A DNA stretch of 64,000 bases, from the NCBI GenBank assembly GCA_965644315.1, contig CBFFRQ010000081.1, positions 310,001 through 374,000 on the forward strand. Reading direction: 5' to 3'. This document shows, one piece after another, positions 24,203 through 35,946 of this stretch (position 1 is its first letter; each line of letters starts with the position of its first letter). The position numbers were made by a program, and so were the translations under genes. The notes below the pieces were generated by a model. It was given only the letters and a program-made list of their open reading frames with translations, searched no databases and was not told the DNA's origin. This DNA comes from Caecitellus pseudoparvulus. Taxonomy: Eukaryota > Protista > Bigyra: Bicosoecida.

Positions 24203-26089
24203 TCACCGCCCACTGGCCGCGCCAGCGCCTGCCGAAGCTGACGTCAGGGCAGCACCACTGGGCCCAGGCGCCGCCTCAGCGTGGCTGGGGTGGCACCATA
24301 CCCTGAACGTGGAGTCTGAGCCGCCCGACACGAGGTAGGTGTCATCGGCGCTGAAGGCAACGGCTTGAACGGAGTCCTCGTGGCCCCGCAGTGACCCCAG
24401 CGCGCTGAGGGAGTCGGCGTTGAACACCTTCATGCTGCCGTCGTCCGACGCCGCGACGAGCGTGTGCCCTGCGGCGTCCAGGGCCAGCTTGTTGATGGCC
24501 TGCTCCCCTGACTCCAGTGTCGCGCGCTCCCCGACGACGCGGACGTCCCACAGCTTCACCACGCCGTCTGCGTCGCAGGAAGCGATAGTGTCGCCGCGCA
24601 AATTGAAGATGGCGTCGTTCACTGCGTTGTTGTGGCCGTAGAACGTCTGCACGCACAGTCCGCTGCGCGTGTCCCAGATGCTGACTGTCTTGTCGCCTGA
24701 GGCAGTGACGAGGTTGTTTGAGAACGGCTGAAACGCCACTGCGTTCACACTGTCGGCGTGCCCGCGCATGGTTTGGCGGCACTTGTGGGAGTTCATGTCC
24801 CACACCTTCACAGTGTGGTCCATGGAACACGACGCGAGAAAGTCGCCTGTGTAGTGCCAGTCCACGCCCCAAGCGGCGCCGGTGTGGTCGGAGTAAGTGG
24901 CGGCGCAGGAAGCCGTCACAAAGTCCCACACCTTCACCACGCCATCGCCAGAGGAGCTGGCCAGGTGCGTGCCACGAGGGTGAAACGCCACTGCAGCGAG
25001 CCAGTCTTGGTGCCCCTCGCCAGTCATGATCAACTCGCCGTCCGGCACACTCCACATCTTCCACGTGCCGTCATCGGAGGCAGTGGCAGTGATGGGTTTC
25101 GTGGGGTGAAACGCCACGGCGGACACGCCAGCCTCGTGCCCTGTGTATGTCCGCGCCATCTGGAACGTGGAAATGTTAGCAGCAGGGTAGTCCACGTCCA
25201 AGTGGGGGTTTGCCACTGCTTCCACGGGGAAGGGCGTGTTGCCACCCTTGCGCTTCGGTTTCTTGGCTGACGACGGCTTCGCCTCCTTTGGCGCCTGCAG
25301 CGTTGCCAGCTGTGACTCCAGCGCCTTGACCTTGGAGCGAATGCGGTCCCGCTCCAGGCGCATGAGCATCTTCTCCTTCATCGCGCTCTCGTACTTGTCC
25401 TTCAGCTCGGCGATGGTGGGCTCGTACGCCTCGTAGTGCTTCTTCAAGCGCTTCAGGTCCATGATGAGCTTGTTCTTCTCCTGCACCACTCGCTTGTGGT
25501 GCATGCGGTGAAAATCCCGCTCCTTCCGGAACTGGTCCCACGTCCCCTGCGCCTTGGCAGCCACGCCCTGTGCCTGGGCCAGCTCCACCTGCAGCCGCCG
25601 CACGCTGTCCTCCAGCCCAGCGGTGGTCTGGTACACATCTGGCACAGCCTCACCCACAACATCAGCGGGAAGCTCCCCTCGCTTCGTCTTTTCATACCAC
25701 TCTGTGTTGAACACGTCCAGCGTGCGCATCATGTCGGCCTTGATGAGGAAATTCCGCAGGTAGTCCTCCACCACCGTCGGGCGCTCCTCCAGGCGCGCTT
25801 CACCCGATGCAGGCGGGCCCCCAGCTTCATCGTCAGTCTTGCGTTCGCCCTTGCTGTGGGGGCGGGGTGGCGGGGCGCCTCCCGACGCAGCAGCAGCCTC
25901 GGCCGCCTCCTTCTGGCGCACAGCTAGCAGCGCAGCTTCCAGGTCCATGTCGTCCTCCTCCTCCCCTTCGCTGTCAGAAACACTGATGCCATCGTACTTG
26001 AACCCTTCGTCGTCTTCTTCGTCCAGCTCCACACGCTTCACAGCCAGGTCTTTGCCCGAGGAATGCGACGCCAACACTTCGGAGTCCAT
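24203..26089 (-). CDS. SPAG16: Flagellar central-pair WD40 protein PF20/SPAG16
   Basis: EDYLRNFLIK...RKERDFHRMHHKRVVQEKNKLI...KYESAMKEKMLMRLERDR followed by WD40 repeats. First ATG (MDSEV) at 26089. Confidence 0.95.
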   Translation of the reverse strand: MDSEVLASHSSGKDLAVKRVELDEEDDEGFKYDGISVSDSEGEEEDDMDLEAALLAVRQKEAAEAAAASGGAPPPRPHSKGERKTDDEAGGPPASGEARLEERPTVVEDYLRNFLIKADMMRTLDVFNTEWYEKTKRGELPADVVGEAVPDVYQTTAGLEDSVRRLQVELAQAQGVAAKAQGTWDQFRKERDFHRMHHKRVVQEKNKLIMDLKRLKKHYEAYEPTIAELKDKYESAMKEKMLMRLERDRIRSKVKALESQLATLQAPKEAKPSSAKKPKRKGGNTPFPVEAVANPHLDVDYPAANISTFQMARTYTGHEAGVSAVAFHPTKPITATASDDGTWKMWSVPDGELIMTGEGHQDWLAAVAFHPRGTHLASSSGDGVVKVWDFVTASCAATYSDHTGAAWGVDWHYTGDFLASCSMDHTVKVWDMNSHKCRQTMRGHADSVNAVAFQPFSNNLVTASGDKTVSIWDTRSGLCVQTFYGHNNAVNDAIFNLRGDTIASCDADGVVKLWDVRVVGERATLESGEQAINKLALDAAGHTLVAASDDGSMKVFNADSLSALGSLRGHEDSVQAVAFSADDTYLVSGGSDSTFRVWCHPSHAEAAPGPSGAALTSASAGAGAASGR

Positions 26090-26331
26090 GTCGAGCTGAG
26101 ATCGCGAGCGCAACACCACGCCGTCGCCAGGCACTGGCCACAGCCACACAAGCCGGTTGAGCAGTCAGCTCTCGTTTGCAAGACAGCATGTGGGTGGTGT
26201 TTCAAATGTTTTGGGTGGTAGGCTGGGACTGTGTCTTTCTGCAGCCCCCTCGCCGGTGGCGCTGGTGCAGAAACTGCACTGCTGGCTCCATCACCCGTGC
26301 ATTGCCAGCACAGCACGCCTCTGCCTGTAAA

Positions 26332-27377
26332 TCAGTCCGAGTGACTCTCAGCACTGGAGTCACTGCTGTCGCTGTAACTTCCACCGTCGCTGGAGTTGAA
26401 CAGGATCTCCTCAATCATCTCGTACACCTGTCGCCCCTCAGGCACGTCTGTCAGGCTGCGCGCCTGGTCGTACACGGTGTCTCCCATGGGCCCCTTGGCC
26501 TCAATATCCGCACCCCCCTCCAGCAGGGCCTGCACGACGCCCGGAATGGCCTTGCGCAGCGCCTTGTCTTTGTTGGCTGGCTGCAGCTTCCGCACAGCGA
26601 TCATAATGGGTGTCTCCTCGCCTAGGTTCGGGTCGGGCTTGGCCTTGATGTTGGGGTCAGCGCCCGCCCTGCAACGCAGCAAGTGGCGCAACGTGCGCGA
26701 GTCAGGCGTGACTGCAGTGCGACCCACACAGCGCAGCACTCACGTGATCAGTGCCTTGCACGACTCCCCTTGCCCCGCCTGTGCCGCCACGTGCAGCGGA
26801 GTGTACCCGTATGTGTCTTGCCAGTTCACGTCGGCTGCTGAGGTGCCGTCTGGCAACAGGTAAGACAGCACCGCTGCGATGAAGGCGACGTCGCCACCCT
26901 CCGCTGCCAAGTGCAGGCAGGTGCGCCCCCCCTCTGTCGTGGCGTTGGGATCGGCGCCCTTGCTCAGCAACCACTCCGCCGCTGCCACCTGCCTGCCCGC
27001 TGCAGCCTGCACGAGGGCGGTGCCTCCAGCCTGAAACGCACCAGGAGGTGGGGGGGGCTGTGGGAAGGGCGTGGTGCGTGGACGCGGTGGGGGGGCGCGC
27101 AACGCACGACAGTGGGCGAGTCAATGGCCACGCCGTGCTGATCCACCAGTTGCTGCATGGTGTCCAGATCACCCTCACGCGCTGCCTGTCCCAAATCCGT
27201 GCCAGTCACGCCCTCAGCCGCAGCTGTTGTAGGCACGGGCTCAGAGGTCTCCTGTGCAAGGCGCCCAGCGGGCGAGGTGGCGCGGGGTGTCAAGCTGGGC
27301 AGAGCTGTGGGGCTGGATTCCACAGACGCTGTTGGGAAAGTGCACTGCCTGTGCAGCCAACTCACCTCGGCAGCCAT
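26332..27377 (-). CDS. Small ankyrin-repeat protein (spliced)
   Basis: Ankyrin motifs GGTALVQAA...LLSKGADPN, GRTCLHLAA, GYTPLHVAA, ETPIMIAV and LLEGGADIEAK across exons separated by short GT-AG introns. Confidence 0.85.
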
Positions 27378-27846
27378 GGCGGTGTAATGCGCACGCAAGG
27401 GAAACTCTGTGGGGTTGAGATAGCGGACAAGGGGGTGTCCCTTGACTATGGTGTATTCTCAAGATCTCAGCGCTGGCAGAAGCCTGCGCGAGGCAGACCA
27501 GCTCCTCGCGCTGGCGGCGTCATGAAAGTTGCAGCGACAGCTTCCCTTTCGCTGGCACGCACCTCCCTCAACCTCACTGAAAATTGCTGCCGCTCGAATA
27601 AGGTGGCAAGACGATGGAAGAGTAGAGTAGTGTGACGGTAAATGGCCCCGGGCGCCCAGTGCAGCTGCGTGCCTGCGAGAGCAGTCGTGACTGGCTGAGA
27701 TCGACGGAAATTGGCAGGCCTGGCGAGCGCGCCGAAATGCCGGCGTGGGCCCAAAACCTGCACCCAGGCAATCCCCACGTTTCTTCATGAATCCCATGTG
27801 ATGTCACGGGTCGACGCCTGGCCTGAATTCAAGACACCCTTCCGCA

Positions 27847-28938
27847 ATGGTGGGCGGACTTGCTGCTGCCTCCCGTTTCGCCTGCGTTTCACCCACACCC
27901 TGTTCGCCGCTCGCAGAGTCGCGTGGATTTCCTGTCCTTGGCAGGCTTGCGAGCTGACGGACGGCGCCCGAATGAGACGAGGCGCATCCGCTGCCGAATG
28001 GGGGTGCTGGAGCGAGCTGACGGCTCGGCATACTACGAGCAAGGCAACACCAAGGTGCTGGTCAGCGTGATGGGGCCGCAGGAAGTGACCCGGCGCTCTG
28101 ATGCACAGCACGACGCTGCCGTGCTGAAGGTGGACTTCACGTGCGTGCAGAAGGAGTGCCAGCCTCCCGTGCCTCGTGCCACCCTGCCCCCCCCTTCCCC
28201 CCCCCGATCAGGCTCGCCCCTTACTCTGGTATGGATCGCAAGGAACGGTCTCGTGGAGACCGGAAACAGCTCGAGGCGGCCATGGCTCTGCAGCGAGTGT
28301 TCAGCACGGTGGTGCTGACGGACCTGTATCCACGCTCCCAGATCGTCATTTCGGTGCTCGTCACTGACGCCGATGGCGGGGAGCTCTGTGCAGCCTGCAA
28401 TGCCGTTTCACTGGCGTTGCAGGATGCAGGCGTGGCCATGGCAGATGCCGTGGTGGGCATCAGCGCGGGGTACCTGGAGGAGACGCCCATGCTGGACTTG
28501 AACAGCCTGGAAGGCACGTCTGGCTGCCCGGAGGTGCCCCTCGCGTACTACCCTGCAAGTGGCAAAATCGCCATGGTGCAGTGCTCGGCGCGCCTGCCGC
28601 TGCACGTGTTTGACGATTTGATGACACTGGCCGTGTCAGGCGCACGCAGCATCCACGACATGCTCAAGGCAGTGGTGAAGGAGCATATTCAAGGTGTATT
28701 GTCGGGCGAAGCTGACGCCACCGCCAGCATTGGCACAGCAGGCATGTTGGTGGCGGTTGACTTGCCTGCAACGCAGGGCGCCACCTCCCGTGTGGCAGGG
28801 CTGAAGCTGGTGTCTGGCGAGGAGGATGTTGGGACTGCCGCTGCAGCTGCAGCAGGCAGCAAGTCACATGCGCAGTTGGGGGCTGCCAGCATTCCCGAAG
28901 GCACACAAGGCCTGGCGGCTGGCATGGGGGAGAAGTGA
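27847..28938 (+). CDS. RRP41: Exosome subunit RRP41 (RNase PH fold)
   Basis: M|SRVDFLSLAGLRADGRRPNETRRI...ADGSAYYEQGNTKVLVSVMGP...LYPRSQIVISVLV..DGG...LQDAGVAM. Intron 27850-27916 directly follows the ATG. Confidence 0.95.
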
Positions 28939-28949
28939 GCAAGTGCACT

Positions 28950-31900
28950 TCACTTGAGCAGGGGTGGGCGGTGAATGTTCTGCGCCACCACAGCCCGCCA
29001 CTGCTGCGTGCTCATCCAGAACACGGAACGCAGAACACTGGCATCCTTCGCAGTGGCCTGCACAGCTTGAGGCAGGGTCACTCCGGCAGCGTCAGAGGCT
29101 GCCAGCAGTACTGCCGCCCACGCCAGAGGCAAGTGCAGGCGCTGCGTCAGGAACTGCAACTTGGCTGACAGCGCCCGCTGGCCCTGGCTCATGGAAGAGC
29201 GGGGTGTGGCGACAGGTGGCAGCTGTGGCAAGGACGGGCAAACCCAGTGGGTTTTGGCGCTGCCGTCCAGGCTGAACAGGCCTTTCGCCACACCCCCCGC
29301 CAACACGGCGGCTGCTCGCTGCAGGAGGATATTCGCGGCCGCTGCTGCGTTTCGTGGAAATGCCACCGCCACGTGGCCGTTCAAACTGCCGGGTGTGCAT
29401 GCGGAATTCATGGAGCGTAGGGCACTGAGTGCTGCAATGGCGTCTGGGTCGGGCGGTGCGGGCTTGGAGCCGGGCTGGGGCACGATACACACTGAAACGG
29501 TGGCGTAGTGATCCTGCAATTTCCGCACACGAGGCACCAGCGTGCCAGCCTTGTGTTGTGCAGCGGCGGAGTCTCGACTGAGCACGACGGCCGCCTCGTG
29601 AGGGGCCAGCAGCGCGTGTGCCGGCCCCAGCATGTCAGCGGCGTTTTGCACGTGCACTGTCACGGTGCCACCGCCCACGAGCTGCTGCTGCTGCGTTTGC
29701 AGCAGCACATCCCGCGTCAAACCCCACACACCACCACTGTCCTCTGCGACGTACATGCGTAAGACGACAGCAGGGGCACCTGCTGCGCAGGCACCGGCTG
29801 CGCTGGCGGTGGAGGCAGACGACTCCAGTGATGCGTTGTGCGAGGCCAGTGGAGTGGGAGCTGGTAGGGGTGCCAGCACACTGCGCTGGGCAGCCTGGGG
29901 CTGGAAGTCACCTGCGCTGCTGCCGCCACTGGAGCTGGTGCAGTGCACTTGCTGACTCCGCCCCGCCGGAGTGGCTGTGGAGGGGGGTTGGGACACCACT
30001 GGGTGGTCCAGGCGCTGGAACACGTGGTGCTGCCCTTCACTCACGCCTGCATCGTGCAGGCGCCCCCGGCTGCCAATGCACACACTGCAGAGGTCGAATT
30101 CAGGGCATTGGCGACAGGAGAAACGGGGTCCCAGCAGTGGCGTCATGCCGCAACCGTCACAGGCGTAGCCAACGTGCTGCACAGCTCCACCCCCCTGGGC
30201 AGGGCCTGAAAAGGGGGTGTCGCCTGACGCAGCCGGCGCCCGGCCGCGGTGGGCCTGGGTGAAGTCGTGCGAGTCACCACCTAGGTCGTCCACGATGAAG
30301 GAGTCAGAGGCTTGGCTTGCAGTTGCAGGTGGGGGGCGAACCTGCCGCCGCCCGCCTCGCATGCCAGGCAGCATGCTGCCACTGCTGTCCTGCGCGCCAC
30401 TTGGTGCAGCCGCTTCATCATCTGACGACTCGACGGCGTGGTGTGCGCGAAGACGGCGACGGGGGGCGCCCTTACGCCGCTGCTGCGCTGTCTCGAATTC
30501 CGCTTCCTCGGCCGCCGCTGCGGCCAGCACAGCTTCCAAGATCGGCGCACGCGCGGCGGTGCCGGGTCGCAGTAGACGACCCAGGCCCTGTGCAGGGTGG
30601 CCCTGTGCTTCTAGCTGCCTGTCGACAGCAGCGTAGTGCGTGGTGCCAGACCGACGGCGTTTGGTGCGGGAGCCGCCCGGCGCATCCCGTGAGTCAGAAA
30701 TGACGTCACTGCTGGCGGAGTTGTTGATAAAAGAGTCCGCCAGATCGTAGGCATTCACACCACCCACCTCCTCGTCATCAGAAACGCTCCCATCTACCCC
30801 GGCTGACGCTTGGATGTACGCCGCCACGCCCCTGCCAGTCCCCCTCCGCCGCTTGGCTTGGGGGGGGGTTTGTTCCGTGTCCGCTGAGGGGCCGGTGTCC
30901 GGCGCACGTTTCACGCCGCCAAGTGGTGACGATGCACCCGTCGCGGCACTGCTTGGCGTATCTGCGATGTGCGTCACCTCCAGGAACTCCAGCCCCTCGC
31001 TGTCGCTGCTCGAGTCTCCGTCCCCTGCACCCGCGTCCCCTGCATCACTCGGAGCATGACCCGCGCCATCCGCCCCGACAACTGAACTGCCTTTGGCGTG
31101 GCAAATGCTGCCTGTGTCTCCTGCTGCCGGTGTGCGCTGCGCCTTGGCACCGTGCAACGCGGCAAGTGGGCTGGCCATGACGTTTGGCTGACTCGGTGAC
31201 TTTGCAGCCACACTGCCGTGTGGGGAGGACACTGCGGAGAGGTCTGCAGAGGAATGGCGGCCTGTGGGGCTGGTCTTGTCGCTGGCACATGTCTCCAGGA
31301 TGGTGCCTCGCTTGGGAACTGAGAAGGGTGCCTGGTGCGTGGCGGGCGCTCGTCGAATTCCGCCCTGGCTCGCTCCCTGCGACGGCACATGCGGGATGGG
31401 GCTGGTCCCGAGAGACGCCATGGCCTGGGGCGCAGGCATGGATGCTCGCTGATCGGGCGCCGCTCTATGAGGGGTCGTGGGGGCTCCCTGGCTTGGCGAG
31501 GCCTGTGTGGTGGTGTGTCGCTCTGGCTCATCTTCGAATGACGCATCCATGGCATCCACTGGGAACACCTGGGACAGCTCGTGCGGAGACAGCACAGGGG
31601 GTGGGGGGGCGGGGGGCTCCGAGTCAATCTTGGCGTTGCCGTCACACGCCAGGACGGCGTGTGCCAACGCAGCAGGGGATGCAGCTTGCTGGGTGCCCCA
31701 CAGCCCCCCCGCGTCGAACGAGTCATCATCCAGCACACAGCTGGAGGCATCTCCGCAAGAGGCGGGGGAGACCGCCTGTTGTGGTGGCACCTGCACCACA
31801 TCCTCCCATCCTGCAGGCAAGGGTGGAGGGGGGGGGACCTGGGAGGGCGGCGGAGCCGGTGAGCTGTCGTCCGAGTCATCGTCCACGATGCAGACTTGAG

Positions 31901-34900
31901 GCGGTGCGTGGGGGGAGGTGGGCCCATGTGGCGCGCTGCCACCGCTGCCAGGCCCCTTGGTGTGCTCCATCGTCTTTCCCGGTGTTCCGACCCCGAAGCG
32001 TGAAATCAGACTGCCCACAGACGAGCGGCGTCGGGTGCTGGGCGTGTGGGTCACATCAGCCAGAGCAGGGTGCAGGTCTGATTCACGACCCCTAATCGGC
32101 CGCGGAACAGTGGCAGGCGTGGGCCCAGAGGGGAATACACCGGGTGTGCCCTGCCTTGCTGGGGACGCTGCTGGTCCTCCGTTCTGCTGCCTGCCCCACG
32201 CCAGAACAGCCGCCCGACGCACATCGTCCACACCAGAAACTGCGAAATCGTCACATACCCCCAAACAGCGCGCCCACAGACGCGTGCGGGCAGAGTGTCC
32301 CGACTGCGTGTACTTGGTGGATGTGAGCGCGGGCGCTCGAGTCTCTGGCCCAGACGCCGTTTGGTGCGGTGGCTTGCTGTCCGCAGGTGGGGTGGCGGCG
32401 TGGCGTGTTGGTTCGGGGGGCGGGGGTGGTGCCACAGTCTGCTCTGCTGCCACTTCAACTTCCGCGCACTCCAGCAGTGCCAGCAGCTCTTCGTCGTCTA
32501 GGGCAGGCGGCGCTGGTGGAGGGGCAGATTTGGCTTCGGGCCTTGCTGGCAGCGCAGGTGCTGATTTCACTGTGGCCGGCACACTGCCACTGCGTGGTAC
32601 TGACTTCGCCAGGCGACCTTGTTGGAGGAGGGGGGACGCAGCGTGTGCACTGGCCCCAGCACCCATCCACTCACGCATGAACGCTTTCTCGTGCTCTGTG
32701 GCTGCCGGCGCAGAGGGGGTGGTGGCGGAGGTGGCTGGGCCGGTCGACGCCGCCGCCTGAACCGCTGACGCAGCCCCTGTCACCTGCGACATGCGGAACT
32801 CCGGCACAGTCATGCAGCGAAAGTCCACTGTCGGTTGGCCGCCAGAGTGCGTCGTGACCATGGTCGCAGCGGCTGGCGGCGTCGCTTGCAGGCTCAGGCG
32901 ACTGCCGCCATCGCTGAGAAACGCCGCCACTCGCCGGTAGTCTTTGAACGCGCTGTCGAACTTGCGTGCCTCAGCGCCAGGGGTGACGAGGGCGACGCAG
33001 GCGCCGGCACCTGATCGACTGGTGCGACCCAGGCGCTGAATGGCGCGAATCGGCGACCCGACGGCGTCGTACATGATGATAATGCCGACCTCCCCGATGT
33101 CCAGTCCCTCCTCGCCAATGCACGTCGCAACCAGCGTGTTGAACTTGCCTCCACGGAAGGCTTCGATGGTTTCCTGTTGCTGGGCCTGCGTCTGCCCGCC
33201 ACGAGCGGAGCCCGTCGCACTGGCCGACCGCGCCGAGCTGCCGGCAGCTGCCGCCTGGCCGACAAAGGGAGCAGGTCGCACGGCGTCGCCCGCCTTGCGT
33301 TTGAGGAAGGCGATGATGTCCCCGACACTCGCGCGTGTCTGGGTGAATATGATGGCTCGCGTGCTGGTGCCGGCGGCGCCGGCTCGACGAAAGTGCGACG
33401 TGAGCGTCTCCACGAGCACCAGCAACTTGGGGTGCACAAGGTGCCCGCCTGTGGCTTCCAGCTGACTCAAGTGCCCCATGACGCCCCGCCACTGAGGGTG
33501 TGACAGCAACACTCGACCAGCATCTGAGCCGGCCAAGGCAGGGTCGCCCTGGGCGCGTCGCATGCGAGCGAACAACGACGCTGTCCCGTGCGACATGACC
33601 TCCTTGCGACCGGGCAGCATGGCGCTGAGGGCGTCAATGGCGCCTTTGAAACGCGGCACCCGATCAGGCTGCAGGCGCCCCTCCTTCACTGCCGTCCAAA
33701 GCAGGCCTTGCGCTTCGGTCAGGTGCGTCGGCGTGATGCGTTTCGGCTCCTTGTGCGGCACGAGGCGCGGCCCGTGCAGGATACCGGCGAGGGGCCGCAG
33801 CGCAGCGACAAAGCGATCCCGGATCGCCTCCAACTCTGCTGAGCTAGGCACTTGCACCTTGTCGATGGTTTTGGCATGGGTGTAGGGCGCGACGTCGGCG
33901 TCGAATTCAGTGCGCGCCTCGATGCGGGAGATGCGCAGGTTGGTCGCAACAGCCTGTACAGTGGCGGCGTCCTTCCCAGGCGTCGCAGACAGGGCCAGCA
34001 CGCGCAGTCTCTCGTGCGTTTCATGCAGCTGGGACACCACTGTGCAGTAGGCATAGCTGCCCTGGGCCCGATGGGCTTCATCCAGTACCAGCAGCGTCAC
34101 GCGAGCTGGGTCTGCGCGACCGGCTGCCAGGTCGTTCGTGAGGAGCTGGGGAGTGCAGAACACGACGCGCTTGGTGGCCCAGTGTTCGCGCCGTTCTTCA
34201 GGGCGCATGGTGGACCCCAGCAGCTGCGCAGTGTCTTTCACTGGCAGGCCTGTGATGGCGTGGCAGGCTTTGATTTGCTGCGTGACCAGCGGACGTGTCG
34301 GCGCCATGAACACCACCAGGCCCTCTGGAAACCAGCGGTAGAAATTGTACATGACGACACTTGCAATGAACGTCTTGCCCAGGCCCGTCGGCAGCGCCAC
34401 CAGCGTGTTGTGGAAGAGGGCCGTGGTGGTGATGTTCAACTGATACTCGCGCTGGGGGTACTTCGGGTGCACTGGGAACACCCACGTGTCCCGCGTACTG
34501 GCGCACAGCCCCGGCAAGCGCTGACCATTTACAAACACTGGGGGCGGGAGGGATGCAGGGGTGCGCAGGGGGGATGCGATACGGTGGCGTGAAGCCCCCG
34601 AAGCAGGCCGGCCACTGGACTTGGTTGGCGGGTTGCAGGACTGCCCTGCCACGGAGGGAGAAGGAGCCCCCCTGGCGCCACTGCCCTGGGATGGAGAGTA
34701 CACTGGCAAACTGGGCGGCGACCGCATGCTGTGCTGGCTGCTGCCCGCAGTGGCTGGGGGGTGCGCGTGTGGACTGGATAGTACTGGCGTGCCTAGGTTG
34801 GACACGTGCGTGCTCTGAGACGCAGAGGGGAAACGCACGGGACCAGAGCCGTGCCCAACTGACCCAGGTCGGTGTAATGGGCGTGCAGGGGCTGTGGGCA

Positions 34901-35474
34901 GGGCTGCCACTGCGCTGTGAGCCGCTGCTGCGTTGCTGGCTTGACCCCGCGTTGCGCTGGACCACTTGCGTGCGGCTGCTGACCCCCAGCCGCTGCTGCG
35001 CTGTGCTGCAGCTGGTGCTGAGGCGGATCCATGGGGGAGTGCTCTAGAACTAGGTGCAATTGTTCTTTGCGCTGCCTGCGCCACAGCCGCTGCGCACGAG
35101 CCTGTGGCGCCGCTCGCTGTGTTGACAGGAAGGCCAGCCAACGGCGGCGCCACATGCTGGGAGCCTGCACGTGCCACAGAGGGCGAACGACCCTGATGTG
35201 ACCCTCCCCATGTGTTGTTTCGATTGTTTGCACGTGCATGGACCCCTCGTTGGCTGCTCTGTTGAGCTCCTGGCGGGCCTGCCGCCGACGCAGCATGTGC
35301 TGCGGGTGTGCTGCAGACTTGGCTGTGCACAGGCTGGGCTGGCGCCTCTACCGCCTCTAAGGCAGCCAAGAGGGCTGACTGTGAAGGGGGTGGAATGTGC
35401 TACAGTGTATACTTGCGCCCATGCGGTTCAGTCAGCGCAGGTCCACTCACATCATCAAAGAAGCTGTCCTCCAT
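28950..35474 (-). CDS. FANCM: FANCM/Mph1 DEAH-box DNA translocase with an internal ZZ zinc finger
   Basis: REYQ...NTLVALPTGLGKT, DEAHRA.G.YAY, ALSATPG, HPKL, LVATCIGEEGLDIGEV, SPIRAIQRLGRT. First exon MEDSFFDD, intron 35450-35379. Confidence 0.93.
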
Positions 35475-35946
35475 GCACCATGCCCTGGCCCTGCGGAATT
35501 TGAACGACACTCACACAAGTTGAGCTGGCCACTGGGCCCTCAAGGTGGGTGCTGCGCACTGCTGAAGCTTGTTCTTTGCGCCAATGAAAGCTCAGGTACG
35601 CGTTGCACTTGATTTTGTCTCACTTGCTCGCCTGGGCCCACACCAACAGGTGAAAAGACCGCTTTGGACGGCATCGAACTTCACACGGGAGGAGCATGGC
35701 AGGCACAGAGGCAAGGGAGGGGAGGTTCACATTGTGAGCTGCAGCAACAGCCCACCGCCCTCAAAACCTCATCATCCGATAGCGCGCATTCTGCTCCTGC
35801 ACCGCTCGCTTGTCGCCGTGTGAAGACGGCACGATTGCCGGCCAGCGTTTCGTTGGCGTGCCGTCGACAGCACCAGCTGCGCAGTCACCCGGACGGTTCG
35901 CTGCCCCGTGCCGTTCCCGCCGCCCAACACTCTCACTCCCGGTGCC

